Source: Escherichia coli
GTDB taxonomy: Bacteria > Pseudomonadota > Gammaproteobacteria > Enterobacterales > Enterobacteriaceae
Length of the DNA: 64,000 bases
Strand: one strand, 5' to 3'
Assembly: GCF_016026235.1 (NCBI RefSeq)
Contig: NZ_CP065613.1
Shown here piece by piece: positions 1 through 10,090 of this stretch (the first letter of the stretch is position 1; each line of letters opens with the position of its first letter). The notes beneath the pieces were generated by a model that ran no database searches, was not told where the DNA came from, and saw nothing but the letters and a program-made list of their open reading frames with translations. A program made the translations under genes and the position numbers.

Positions 1-1
1 G

Positions 2-796
2 TATCACGCATGGGCATTCAAACTCGATGGCAATCTGGCCCATGCACGTAACTGCGAAAACGTCGCCAATTTCGATAGCGACAAAGCGCAACTGGTTCCG
101 GTGCGTCTGGAAAAATATGCCGGATTCGTCTTCATCAACATGGACCCCAACGCCACCAGCGTAGAAGATCAGTTACCCGGTCTGGGCGCGAAAGTGCTGG
201 AAGCCTGCCCGGAAGTCCACGATCTGAAACTGGCGGCCCGCTTTACCACCCGCACGCCTGCCAACTGGAAGAACATTGTCGATAACTATCTCGAGTGCTA
301 TCACTGTGGTCCGGCGCATCCAGGTTTCTCCGACTCCGTACAGGTTGATCGTTACTGGCACACCATGCACGGTAACTGGACGCTGCAATACGGTTTCGCC
401 AAACCGTCCGAACAGTCGTTTAAATTTGAAGAGGGTACGGATGCGGCATTCCACGGTTTCTGGCTGTGGCCGTGCACGATGCTGAACGTCACCCCGATCA
501 AAGGGATGATGACGGTCATTTATGAATTCCCGGTGGATTCTGAAACTACCCTGCAAAACTACGATATTTACTTCACCAATGAAGAGTTAACCGACGAGCA
601 AAAATCGCTGATTGAGTGGTATCGCGATGTGTTCCGTCCGGAAGATTTACGTCTGGTTGAAAGCGTACAGAAAGGGCTGAAATCGCGTGGCTATCGTGGT
701 CAGGGGCGCATCATGGCCGACAGTAGCGGTAGTGGCATTTCCGAACATGGTATCGCCCATTTCCATAATCTGCTGGCGCAGGTGTTTAAGGACTAA
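2..796 (+). CDS. yeaW: Rieske 2Fe-2S oxygenase subunit YeaW/CntA (carnitine monooxygenase), C-terminal part; 5' end lies upstream of window
   Basis: ORF 101..796 runs open to the window start in the same frame; translated sequence recognised as YeaW C-terminus. Confidence 0.8.
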   Translation, partial: YHAWAFKLDGNLAHARNCENVANFDSDKAQLVPVRLEKYAGFVFINMDPNATSVEDQLPGLGAKVLEACPEVHDLKLAARFTTRTPANWKNIVDNYLECYHCGPAHPGFSDSVQVDRYWHTMHGNWTLQYGFAKPSEQSFKFEEGTDAAFHGFWLWPCTMLNVTPIKGMMTVIYEFPVDSETTLQNYDIYFTNEELTDEQKSLIEWYRDVFRPEDLRLVESVQKGLKSRGYRGQGRIMADSSGSGISEHGIAHFHNLLAQVFKD

Positions 797-851
797 TGAC
801 ATCGGCGGCGGTATTTTCCGCCGCTGGGCTGATTTTTGATGGAGTACAGCA

Positions 852-1817
852 ATGTCAGACTATCAAATGTTTGAAGTACAGGTGAGTCAGGTGGAACCGC
901 TTACCGAACAGGTGAAACGCTTCACGCTGGTGGCAACCGATGGCAAACCGCTGCCTGCGTTCACCGGAGGAAGTCACATCATTGTGCAGATGAGCGATGG
1001 TGATAACCAGTACAGCAATGCGTATTCACTACTGAGTTCGCCGCATGACACCTCTTGTTATCAGATTGCCGTTCGGCTGGAGGAAAACTCGCGCGGCGGT
1101 TCCCGCTTTTTGCATCAGCAGGTAAAAGTGGGCGATCGGTTAACGATTTCAACGCCTAATAACCTGTTTGCGCTAATTCCCTCAGCCAGAAAGCATCTGT
1201 TTATCGCGGGCGGTATTGGTATCACCCCTTTCCTGTCGCACATGGCAGAGCTGCAACACAGCGACGTCGACTGGCAGCTACATTACTGCTCGCGAAATCC
1301 AGAAAGTTGCGCATTTCGTGATGAGCTAGTCCAGCATCCGCAGGCTGAGAAAGTCCATTTGCATCATTCATCAACCGGAACACGACTGGAATTAGCGCGA
1401 TTATTGGCGGATATCGAACCTGGCACACACGTTTATACCTGTGGCCCCGAGGCGCTAATTGAAGCGGTAAGAAGTGAAGCTGCGCGTCTGGACATCGCCG
1501 CCGATACGCTGCACTTTGAGCAATTTGCTATCGAAGACAAAACCGGCGATGCATTTACCCTGGTGCTTGCCCGTTCCGGAAAAGAGTTTGTGGTGCCGGA
1601 AGAGATGACTATTTTGCAGGTTATTGAAAATAATAAAGCCGCGAAAGTGGAATGTTTATGTCGTGAAGGGGTATGCGGAACCTGCGAAACAGCAATACTG
1701 GAAGGTGAAGCTGACCATCGGGATCAATATTTTAGCGATGAAGAGCGTGCCAGCCAGCAAAGTATGTTGATCTGTTGTTCGCGTGCGAAGGGTAAACGCC
1801 TGGTGTTGGATTTGTAG
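852..1817 (+). CDS. yeaX: carnitine monooxygenase reductase subunit YeaX/CntB (FNR-like reductase with 2Fe-2S ferredoxin domain)
   Basis: 321-aa ORF; C-terminal CxxxxCxxC ferredoxin-like cysteine motif; adjacent to yeaW. Confidence 0.85.
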   Translation: MSDYQMFEVQVSQVEPLTEQVKRFTLVATDGKPLPAFTGGSHIIVQMSDGDNQYSNAYSLLSSPHDTSCYQIAVRLEENSRGGSRFLHQQVKVGDRLTISTPNNLFALIPSARKHLFIAGGIGITPFLSHMAELQHSDVDWQLHYCSRNPESCAFRDELVQHPQAEKVHLHHSSTGTRLELARLLADIEPGTHVYTCGPEALIEAVRSEAARLDIAADTLHFEQFAIEDKTGDAFTLVLARSGKEFVVPEEMTILQVIENNKAAKVECLCREGVCGTCETAILEGEADHRDQYFSDEERASQQSMLICCSRAKGKRLVLDL

Positions 1818-1819
1818 TT

Positions 1820-1866
1820 TGCCGAAGCCGGATGTGGCGCTGAGCGCGCCCAGTCCGGCTTCGGAA
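1820..1866. terminator. GC-rich inverted repeat between convergent yeaX and rnd, probable bidirectional terminator
   Basis: ccgaagccgga...tccggcttcgg inverted repeat directly after yeaX stop. Confidence 0.4.
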
Positions 1867-1870
1867 GATT

Positions 1871-2998
1871 TTACTGCGGATATTCCTGCAATAAATTGTG
1901 TAATGCTTCCGCCATCAGCTCACCACGCCAGCCGGAAATCAGCTCCGGCAAATTGTTCTGCGGTTTCAGTTTCCAGTGCCAGTTCAGCAGTTGGTTGATT
2001 TGCCGACGCGATGCCAGCAATTCGGCGCTGATCTTATGCGTTTCGCTCACGTCAGTAATCAGCGACTTAATCGCTTTAAACGCTTTACGATAACCCGGCA
2101 TGTCCATCAGGTTAAGCATCGGCTGCGGTAAGGCATCTTCCGGCAATGTCTGCGCTTTTTCCACCAGCGCCAGCAGCGTTTTACCGTGAAAGCGGATTTC
2201 GCTACCGGATAAACCCAGGCTGTCCAGTTCGCCTAAACTTCCCGGCATATAACGCGCTACCGACCACAAATGCTCTTCACGCACGACAAAGTTCACCGCC
2301 AGATCGCGCTCTCGCGCCTTGCGCAGTCGCCAGTCGGCTAACAGTTGCAGACAGGCCAGTTGGCGTGTGCGTAATTGCCAGGCATTGGTGATATCACGCC
2401 AGGCATCTTCCGGCGCAACGACTTCCTGACGACGCATTTGCATCAGGCGGCATTCATCCAGCGCCGCAGGTAGCCAGCCGGAGGCCTCCGTTTCTACCAT
2501 AAGCTTGGCGGTGATCGGTAACAGATACCAGACATCCGCCGCTGCGTATTCACACTGACGTTCGGTCAGCGGTCTGGCCAGCCAGTCGGTGCGCGATTCA
2601 CTCTTGTCCAGCGTAACGCCGGAATACTCTTCCACCATGGAAGCGAAACCCCATGACATCGGGCGTCCGCAGAAGGCAGCAAGGATTTGCGTGTCAATCA
2701 AGGGTTGTGGTAATTCGCCAAAGACATTGAGGAACACTTCCAGATCTTCACTGCCTGCATGGAGAAATTTTGTGATGGACGGATCGCGCAGGATCGCTTT
2801 CAGCGGTGACCAGTCGGTGATCCCGAGAGGATCAATTAGCGCCAGATGCTCGCCATCGAAAAGTTGAATCAACCCCAGCTGCGGGTAATAAGTGCGCGTA
2901 CGAACAAATTCAGTATCCAGGGCTATCGCCGGAAAGGCACGGACGGCTTCACACAAAGAAGCCAGCGCATCGTCCGTGGTAATCATTTGGTAATTCAA
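1871..2998 (-). CDS. rnd: ribonuclease D
   Basis: 375-aa ORF recognised as RNase D (DTEFVRTRTYYPQLGLIQL motif region). Confidence 0.9.
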   Translation of the reverse strand: MNYQMITTDDALASLCEAVRAFPAIALDTEFVRTRTYYPQLGLIQLFDGEHLALIDPLGITDWSPLKAILRDPSITKFLHAGSEDLEVFLNVFGELPQPLIDTQILAAFCGRPMSWGFASMVEEYSGVTLDKSESRTDWLARPLTERQCEYAAADVWYLLPITAKLMVETEASGWLPAALDECRLMQMRRQEVVAPEDAWRDITNAWQLRTRQLACLQLLADWRLRKARERDLAVNFVVREEHLWSVARYMPGSLGELDSLGLSGSEIRFHGKTLLALVEKAQTLPEDALPQPMLNLMDMPGYRKAFKAIKSLITDVSETHKISAELLASRRQINQLLNWHWKLKPQNNLPELISGWRGELMAEALHNLLQEYPQ

Positions 2999-3022
2999 AT
3001 TGTTTTCTCTTTAGTGGGCGTC

Positions 3023-3050
3023 AAAAAAAACGCCGGATTAACCGGCGTCT
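3023..3050 (-). terminator. rho-independent terminator downstream of fadD
   Basis: hairpin cgccggattaaccggcg followed by a run of 8 T on the minus strand. Confidence 0.5.
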
Positions 3051-3067
3051 GACGACTGACTTAACGC

Positions 3068-4753
3068 TCAGGCTTTATTGTCCACTTTGCCGCGCGCTTC
3101 GTCACGTAATTCTCGTCGCAAAATTTTTCCGACGTTAGATTTCGGTAACTCATCACGAAACTCCACCAGCTTCGGTACTTTGTATCCCGTGAGCTGACGG
3201 CGGCAAAAAGTCACCAGTGACTCTTCGGTAAGCGATGGATCTTTTTTCACTACGAAGATTTTCACCGCTTCACCACTGGAGCCGGAAGGTACGCCAACAG
3301 CCGCGACTTCCTGTACGCCAGGATGCTGCATGACGACATCTTCAATCTCGTTGGGATAGACGTTAAAACCGGAAACCAGAATCATGTCTTTTTTACGATC
3401 GACAATGCGCAGGAATCCTTCTTCATCCATTACCGCGATGTCGCCGGTGTGTAACCAGCCATTTTTGATGATTTCATCGGTAGCATCGGGACGCTGCCAG
3501 TAACCCAGCATCACCTGCGGTCCTTTGACACAAAGCTCACCCGGTTGACCTGGTGGTACTTCATTATCATCATCATCCACCAGTTTGGCTTCCGTCGACG
3601 GCACCGGCAAACCGATGCTACCACTATGATAATCAATATCATATGGGTTAACGCTGACCAGCGGCGCACACTCGGTAAGGCCATAGCCTTCCAGCAGATA
3701 CTGTCCTGTCAGTTTCACCCAACGCTCTGCCACCACTTGCTGCACTGGCATCCCTCCGCCTGCGGAAAGATGCAGACTGGAGAAATCCAGCTGCTGGAAC
3801 TCTTTATTGTTCAGCAACGCATTGAACAAGGTGTTAACGCCCGTGATAGCGGTAAACGGATATTTCGCTAACTCTTTTACCAACCCTGGAATATCGCGCG
3901 GGTTAGTGATAAGCAGGTTCTGCCCACCCAGTTCGATAAACAGCAGGCAGTTAATGGTCAGGGCAAAAATGTGATACAGCGGCAGCGCCGTCACCACCAG
4001 CTCTTTGCCCGGATGCAACAGCGGACCATAGGTCGCGTTAACCTGTTCCAGGTTCGCCAGCATATTGCGGTGAGTCAGCATCGCGCCTTTCGCCACACCA
4101 GTGGTGCCGCCGGTGTATTGCAGAAAAGCTAAATCTTCCGGCACCAGTTCGGGTTTGACGTACTGCATCCGGTAGCCGTTATGCAGTGCGCTACGAAATG
4201 AAATGGCATCTGGCAGATGGTATTTCGGCACCAAACGCTTGATGTATTTAACAACGAAATTGACTACCGTGCCTTTTGCCGTAGATAGCTGATCGCCCAT
4301 ACGGGTCAGAATTACGTGCTGAACGGCGGTTTTATCAACCACTTTTTCCAGTGTGTGAGCAAAGTTAGACACGATAACAATCGCCGATGCGCCGCTATCG
4401 TTAAGCTGATGCTCAAGCTCACGCGGGGTATACAACGGGTTAACGTTTACGACGATCATCCCGGCACGCAAAATGCCAAACAGCGCCACCGGATATTGCA
4501 ATAAATTAGGCATCATCAACGCAACGCGATCGCCTTTCTTCAGCCCCAACCCTTGTTGCAAATAAGCGGCAAACGCGCGACTGCGTTCTTCCAGCTTGCG
4601 GAAGGTCATCACCTCCCCCATATTCACAAACGCAGGCTGATCGGCGTAGCGCGCGACCGACTGCTCAAACATATCTACCAGAGATTGATAACGGTCAGGG
4701 TTGATCTCCGTCGGAACGTCCGCGGGATAACGGTTAAGCCAAACCTTCTTCAA
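3068..4753 (-). CDS. fadD: long-chain fatty acid-CoA ligase FadD
   Basis: Protein recognised as FadD; annotated N-terminus MKKVWLNRY corresponds to a TTG start 22 codons inside the 583-aa track ORF. Confidence 0.9.
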
Positions 4754-4957
4754 TTCTTCACCTCTAAAATGCGTGTTCGTCGTCATCGCAACCCCAAATG
4801 ATATACATGCCGTTAACATAATATTAACTCATCATACCAGCTTGATAATTACCCAACGAAAAGGTTGCGAAGCGCGTCACTATTTATTTTTATCTTTACC
4901 GTAAGAATGCAGAAACAGCGGACCAGCCGCTGTTTCTTTTTCTTTAAAAACAAGCAA

Positions 4958-5539
4958 TTATTCAGTTACAACTGTTTGTACTCTCGCGGGGCCGGGATTA
5001 TACCAGCCCCATCCGCCGTAGCCATAGGGCCAGCCACGACCGCCATAAAACCATGGATCAATCGGCTGAGGCGGCATAATCACCTGCTGGGTTAAATGCC
5101 AACGTTTGTAACCCGTTACTTGCATCACCATAAATTTATAGGGCGTATTGCCGATTTTGCCGTCAACCGCACCAGTGATTGGCCCGACTACCGTAACCAG
5201 TTGTCCACGGAAATCCACCGGGTCCAGAAAACCGTTCACATCGGCATAAATGCGACCGCGAGAAGGTTCTCCCAGCGTCGGTCTGGCTCCGCTGTCCAGC
5301 GGTACGGTAGCAATTTCCAGGCGGGTTTTCCCTTGCTGGTTTTGTACCGCAACCACTTTGCCACCAAAGCGTGCCTCCTGACCAACGTACAGCTGCGGCG
5401 CACTCATCACCCGAACTAAATCTTGTTGCGGCGTGGGACTGCTGCCTTTAATGGCGTCCGGCACAGTGACACAACCGCTCAGCATTAGCGCAAACGTACC
5501 TGCCAGTATGCCTTTGATAACATTCTTTTGAACCGCCAT
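4958..5539 (-). CDS. yeaY: Slp-family outer membrane lipoprotein YeaY
   Basis: 193-aa ORF with lipoprotein signal (LSGC) and Gly/Trp/Tyr-rich C-terminus. Confidence 0.85.
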
Positions 5540-5578
5540 GATGCGACTCCTTTTTTTCTCAGGGCATACTCTTAAGAT

Positions 5579-6274
5579 TCATTCTTTGCCCGGAAGTTTC
5601 TTCCATGCGACGTTGTTACGTAAATAAACCGGTTCGGCATGTTCCACCGCCACCGTTTTACCCTCGGCAAACATCTGACAAGCAATCGGCAGCATATCTT
5701 CTGCAGCGGGGAGTAACACTTCGCCATCGCGCAAAACCAGCTCGCTCTCTTCACCGAGATCCGGCCAGGCTTGCCAGCCCGTCCCTACCGTCACCCATTC
5801 GCCGGAAAGCTGTTGCATTCGTTCATGAACGAGTTCGGGTTTGAGTACGGCTTCGGTTTCTTCACCGTGCCAGATACCGTTTTCATCACGCTGATATTCG
5901 GCCCAGTAAACTTCGCCCATTCGCGCGTCAATGGCTGACAGCACGCGTGTTGCGCCGTTTTTGCGCCACGCCCCTTGCGCCATCGTCATTAGCGTGGAGA
6001 CGCCAATCATCGGTAATTCCGCGCCAAGCGCCAGCCCTTGCGCGATGCCAATACCAATGCGCACGCCGGTAAAGCTACCGGGGCCGCGCCCGTAAGCCAG
6101 AGCGTTAATATCAGTCAGGGAAGTTCCGCTGGTGGTCAGGATATCCTGCACCATCGGTAAGATTCGTTGAGTATGTTCACGAGGGCAAAGCTCAAAATGA
6201 GCGTTGACAGTACCGTCGTTCCACAGGGCGACAGAGCAGGCCTCTGTCGCGGTATCGATAGCCAGAATTCGCAT
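5579..6274 (-). CDS. tsaB: tRNA threonylcarbamoyladenosine biosynthesis protein TsaB (YeaZ)
   Basis: 231-aa ORF recognised as TsaB. Confidence 0.9.
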   Translation of the reverse strand: MRILAIDTATEACSVALWNDGTVNAHFELCPREHTQRILPMVQDILTTSGTSLTDINALAYGRGPGSFTGVRIGIGIAQGLALGAELPMIGVSTLMTMAQGAWRKNGATRVLSAIDARMGEVYWAEYQRDENGIWHGEETEAVLKPELVHERMQQLSGEWVTVGTGWQAWPDLGEESELVLRDGEVLLPAAEDMLPIACQMFAEGKTVAVEHAEPVYLRNNVAWKKLPGKE

Positions 6275-6331
6275 GGGTCTTCGTGCTTAGATCAATAAAA
6301 AGGCGCGCATCATACCATACTCCGTAACAAA

Positions 6332-8242
6332 TTACCTGGAGGATGGTATCGCAAGGAAACGAACCGCACGGGCAATGTCACGGGTGCGCGGCGCGGGCGG
6401 CAGACTGGCGAGAAACGTCGCACCGTAAGGGCGCATCACCAGCCGATTATCGCAAATCACCAGCACGCCGCGATCATCGGCGTCGCGAATCAGTCGCCCT
6501 ACCCCCTGCTTGAGAGTAATCACCGCATCCGGCAGTTGTACTTCATCGAACGGGTCGCCACCGCGCAAACGGCAATCTTCCATGCGCGCTTTTAACAGTG
6601 GATCATCAGGAGAGGTAAACGGCAATTTGTCGATAATCACCAATGACAGCGTATCGCCACGCACGTCCACCCCTTCCCAGAAACTGCTGGTTGCCACAAG
6701 AAGCGCGTTACCGGCACTGACAAATTGCTGCAACAGTTGCCCTTTGCTGGTTTCCCCCTGCAATAATACGGGAAGTGTCATGGTAGCGCGGAACTGCTCG
6801 GCCAGATCGCGCATCATGGCGTGCGAGGTACAAAGCATAAAACAGCGACCGTTGTTAGCTTCGATGATCGGGCGCAGCATAGCCGCCAGTTGCCGCGCGG
6901 AACCCGGTTGATTGGTTTGCGGCAGGTTGCGCGGCACACAGAGTAACGCCTGGCGGCTGTAATCAAACGGGCTTGGCAATAGCAACGACTCCGCCTGTTC
7001 TATCCCAAGCCGCGAGGTGAAATGATGCAGATCGTCGTTCACCGACAGCGTTGCTGAGGTGAAGATCCAGCTACCGGGCTTTTGCGCCATTAACTCTTTG
7101 AATTTATCCGCCACGCTGAGCGGCGTGAGAGCCAGAGTAAAATGGCGCGAAGTGCATTCGTACCAGTAGCTGTAGCCCGGCTGATTGATCTCTTTTAGCC
7201 GCTTCAGCCGTGTGCGATACAACGTGGCGCGCTCAAATGCCGCATCCAGCAAGGCGGAACGCCCCAGTGACAGTTTCGCCACGTCATAACAAAGTTCCAG
7301 GGTGTCATCGAGCAGTAAAAATGCCCGCTGAATTTGCGGATTAGCTAACAGCTCACGCAGGTTACCGCGATAACCTGGCTCACCGAGTTGCAGACGAAAA
7401 TCCTGCGCACTCTGGGCAAGACGATCAGCGCACTTTTGTAACTGCTGGGTGTCTTTTAATTCGGTGCGGTAAGCGATGGTGATGTCTTTTGCCAGGTCGA
7501 GCAGTTGTCGACTGGAGAGTGACTGACCAAAATACTGGCTGGCAATGTCCGGTAGCTGGTGGGCTTCGTCGAAGATCATGACGTCCGCTTCCGGGATCAA
7601 CTCGCCAAATCCACTCTCTTTAACCACCATATCCGCTAGAAAGAGATGATGGTTTACCACCACCACATCGGCGTCCATCGCTTTTTTACGTGCTTTGACC
7701 ACAAAGCAATCTTTATACATCGGGCAGTCGCTGCCAAGACAGTTGTCGTTGGTGCTGGTGACCAGCGGCCACGCCTGTGAATCTTCCGCCACGCTGACGC
7801 AGGTGCTGATATCACCATCGACTGTTTGATTAGACCAGGAGCGCAGCAGGATCACATCGCTTAAGATTTGTACCGGCAGTTCGTCCCCCGCCAGCGCCTG
7901 CTGTTCGAGACGTTCAAGGCAGAGGTAGTTTGAGCGCCCTTTCAGCAGCGCCACGTTGCCCGTGTATTTCAACGCCTTTGAGACTGTTGGCAAATCGCGG
8001 CTGTAGAGCTGATCCTGCAACGCTTTTGAGCCGGTCGAGATAATGACTTTCTTTTTCGCCCGCAGCGCAGGAGCCAGGTAAGCGTAGGTTTTGCCCGTAC
8101 CGGTTCCTGCTTCCACCACCAGCGGCTGGCCTTTTTCTATCGCCTGGGTGACGGCTACCGCCATCTGTCGCTGTGGTTCTCGCGGCTTAAAGCCTGGTAT
8201 CGCTTTCGCCAGCTGACCGTCTGGTGCAAAATCGTCCGTCAC
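6332..8242 (-). CDS. yoaA: DinG-family ATP-dependent DNA helicase YoaA
   Basis: 636-aa ORF with helicase motifs (GTGKT Walker A, DEAH) and Fe-S cysteines. Confidence 0.85.
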   Translation of the reverse strand: MTDDFAPDGQLAKAIPGFKPREPQRQMAVAVTQAIEKGQPLVVEAGTGTGKTYAYLAPALRAKKKVIISTGSKALQDQLYSRDLPTVSKALKYTGNVALLKGRSNYLCLERLEQQALAGDELPVQILSDVILLRSWSNQTVDGDISTCVSVAEDSQAWPLVTSTNDNCLGSDCPMYKDCFVVKARKKAMDADVVVVNHHLFLADMVVKESGFGELIPEADVMIFDEAHQLPDIASQYFGQSLSSRQLLDLAKDITIAYRTELKDTQQLQKCADRLAQSAQDFRLQLGEPGYRGNLRELLANPQIQRAFLLLDDTLELCYDVAKLSLGRSALLDAAFERATLYRTRLKRLKEINQPGYSYWYECTSRHFTLALTPLSVADKFKELMAQKPGSWIFTSATLSVNDDLHHFTSRLGIEQAESLLLPSPFDYSRQALLCVPRNLPQTNQPGSARQLAAMLRPIIEANNGRCFMLCTSHAMMRDLAEQFRATMTLPVLLQGETSKGQLLQQFVSAGNALLVATSSFWEGVDVRGDTLSLVIIDKLPFTSPDDPLLKARMEDCRLRGGDPFDEVQLPDAVITLKQGVGRLIRDADDRGVLVICDNRLVMRPYGATFLASLPPAPRTRDIARAVRFLAIPSSR

Positions 8243-8373
8243 ACTACCCCCTGTTGATTTGAACAGGGATTATGTCAGGATGAGGGCGCTTTCGCCAGTT
8301 GAAGTGGTGACGGCGACCTCACATTGTGGCAGTCTTTGCAGCACGAAAATGGAAGTATAATGAGGACAAAATG

Positions 8374-8718
8374 ATGACTATCGTTCGTATCGATGCTGAA
8401 GCCCGCTGGTCTGATGTAGTAATCCACAACAACACGCTCTACTACACTGGTGTACCGGAAAACCTCGACGCCGATGCCTTTGAGCAAACCGCCAACACGC
8501 TGGCACAGATTGACGCCGTGCTGGAAAAACAGGGCAGCAATAAATCGAGCATTCTGGATGCCACCATTTTCCTGGCCGATAAAAACGACTTCGCGGCGAT
8601 GAATAAAGCGTGGGATGCCTGGGTTGTCGCGGGTCATGCGCCGGTGCGCTGCACGGTACAAGCGGGTTTGATGAACCCGAAGTATAAAGTTGAAATTAAG
8701 ATTGTGGCTGCGGTGTAA
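8374..8718 (+). CDS. yoaB: RidA/YjgF-family protein YoaB
   Basis: Recognised as YoaB; start taken at MTIVRIDAEARW inside the track ORF 8326..8718. Confidence 0.8.
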   Translation: MTIVRIDAEARWSDVVIHNNTLYYTGVPENLDADAFEQTANTLAQIDAVLEKQGSNKSSILDATIFLADKNDFAAMNKAWDAWVVAGHAPVRCTVQAGLMNPKYKVEIKIVAAV

Positions 8719-9113
8719 GCTTTATCGAAGCAAAATAAGTCAGACGATAATTTATCGATAATACTGGTCGGTTTTACATAAATCGACCAGAGAATAAGAT
8801 ATTACTGTTGATGCTTCTGCTAATTCATTATTTATATTTATAATTTCAATTTTATCTATAAAACTAACTATATAAATAAACATAAACATGCCGTTGTGTT
8901 CGCCCTTTGATTAGCAACTCTGGTTTTCTTTCTTAGCTGAACAATCTGGTTATAGCGTGCGGACTGACCGTTAATTTTCTCCATCTTACTGGATAACACA
9001 CCATGAACTGCTACTTTTAAAACACCTGAATGTCAACAGGTTAACTCGTGCCATATCGGGTGATGCTGCCAACTTACTGATTTAGTGTATGATGGTGTTT
9101 TTGAGGTGCTCCA

Positions 9114-9389
9114 GTGGCTTCTGTTTCTATCAGCTGTCCCTCCTGTTCAGCTACTGACGGGGTGGTGCGTAACGGCAAAAGCACCGCCGGACATCAGCGC
9201 TATCTCTGCTCTCACTGCCGTAAAACATGGCAACTGCAGTTCACTTACACCGCTTCTCAACCCGGTACGCACCAGAAAATCATTGATATGGCCATGAATG
9301 GCGTTGGATGCCGAGCAACTGCCCGCATTATGGGCGTTGGCCTCAACACGATTTTACGTCACTTAAAAAACTCAGGCCGCAGTCGGTAA
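9114..9389 (+). CDS. insA: IS1 InsA (transposition inhibitor / N-terminal part of InsAB' transposase)
   Basis: 91-aa [25 protein letters not shown]... Confidence 0.95.
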
Positions 9390-9811
9390 CCTCGCGCATA
9401 CAGCCGGGCAGTGACGTCATCGTCTGCGCGGAAATGGACGAACAGTGGGGCTATGTCGGGGCTAAATCGCGCCAGCGCTGGCTGTTTTACGCGTATGACA
9501 GTCTCCGGAAGACGGTTGTTGCGCACGTATTCGGTGAACGCACTATGGCGACGCTGGGGCGTCTTATGAGCCTGCTGTCACCCTTTGACGTGGTGATATG
9601 GATGACGGATGGCTGGCCGCTGTATGAATCCCGCCTGAAGGGAAAGCTGCACGTAATCAGCAAGCGATATACGCAGCGAATTGAGCGGCATAACCTGAAT
9701 CTGAGGCAGCACCTGGCACGGCTGGGACGGAAGTCGCTGTCGTTCTCAAAATCGGTGGAGCTGCATGACAAAGTCATCGGGCATTATCTGAACATAAAAC
9801 ACTATCAATAA
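9308..9811 (+). CDS. insB: IS1 insB reading frame (expressed as InsAB' transposase by -1 frameshift)
   Basis: 167-aa frame overlapping insA 3' end; AAAAAAC slippery motif near 9364. Confidence 0.9.
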
Positions 9812-9837
9812 GTTGGAGTCATTACCGGATTAGTGTG

Positions 9838-10017
9838 TTACTCGTCTTCATCCTCAAAACGCGCCACGATTCGCTCGCCGGAGTGGTTGGCACGCAGCTC
9901 TTCTGCCACCAGCGCGATTGCCTGGCCGCTGCTCATCCCTTGTGCCATCAGTTCCTGGATCCGCTCGACAGCTTTTTGCTGCTGTTCATGGGTGAGTGAA
10001 GGTAAACCTGCAAACAT
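9838..10017 (-). CDS. yoaH: small protein YoaH (UPF0181)
   Basis: Manual translation of minus strand gives [59 protein letters not shown]; below the track length cutoff. Confidence 0.85.
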
Positions 10018-10090
10018 TGTTAACTCCTGCTAAATTGTTGGCGCTAATTATTTCATGCTACCCGGCACATAGCCAGTAGAGTCAGGACTG

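Larger units (their letters stand above)
9059..9826 (+). mobile_element. IS1 insertion sequence, copy A (768 bp)
   Basis: Canonical ends GGTGATGCTGCCAACTTACTGAT ... ATCAATAAGTTGGAGTCATTACC; insA and insB ORFs; A6C frameshift motif; no flanking direct repeat. Confidence 0.95.

Noticed and set aside
9085-9297. 70-aa ORF at the IS1 left end (also 40026..40238)
   Set aside because: Alternative frame overlapping insA starting at GTG inside the IS1 inverted repeat; not a known IS1 product.
9833-10033. 66-aa plus-strand ORF
   Set aside because: It is the antisense shadow of yoaH, which translates cleanly on the minus strand.
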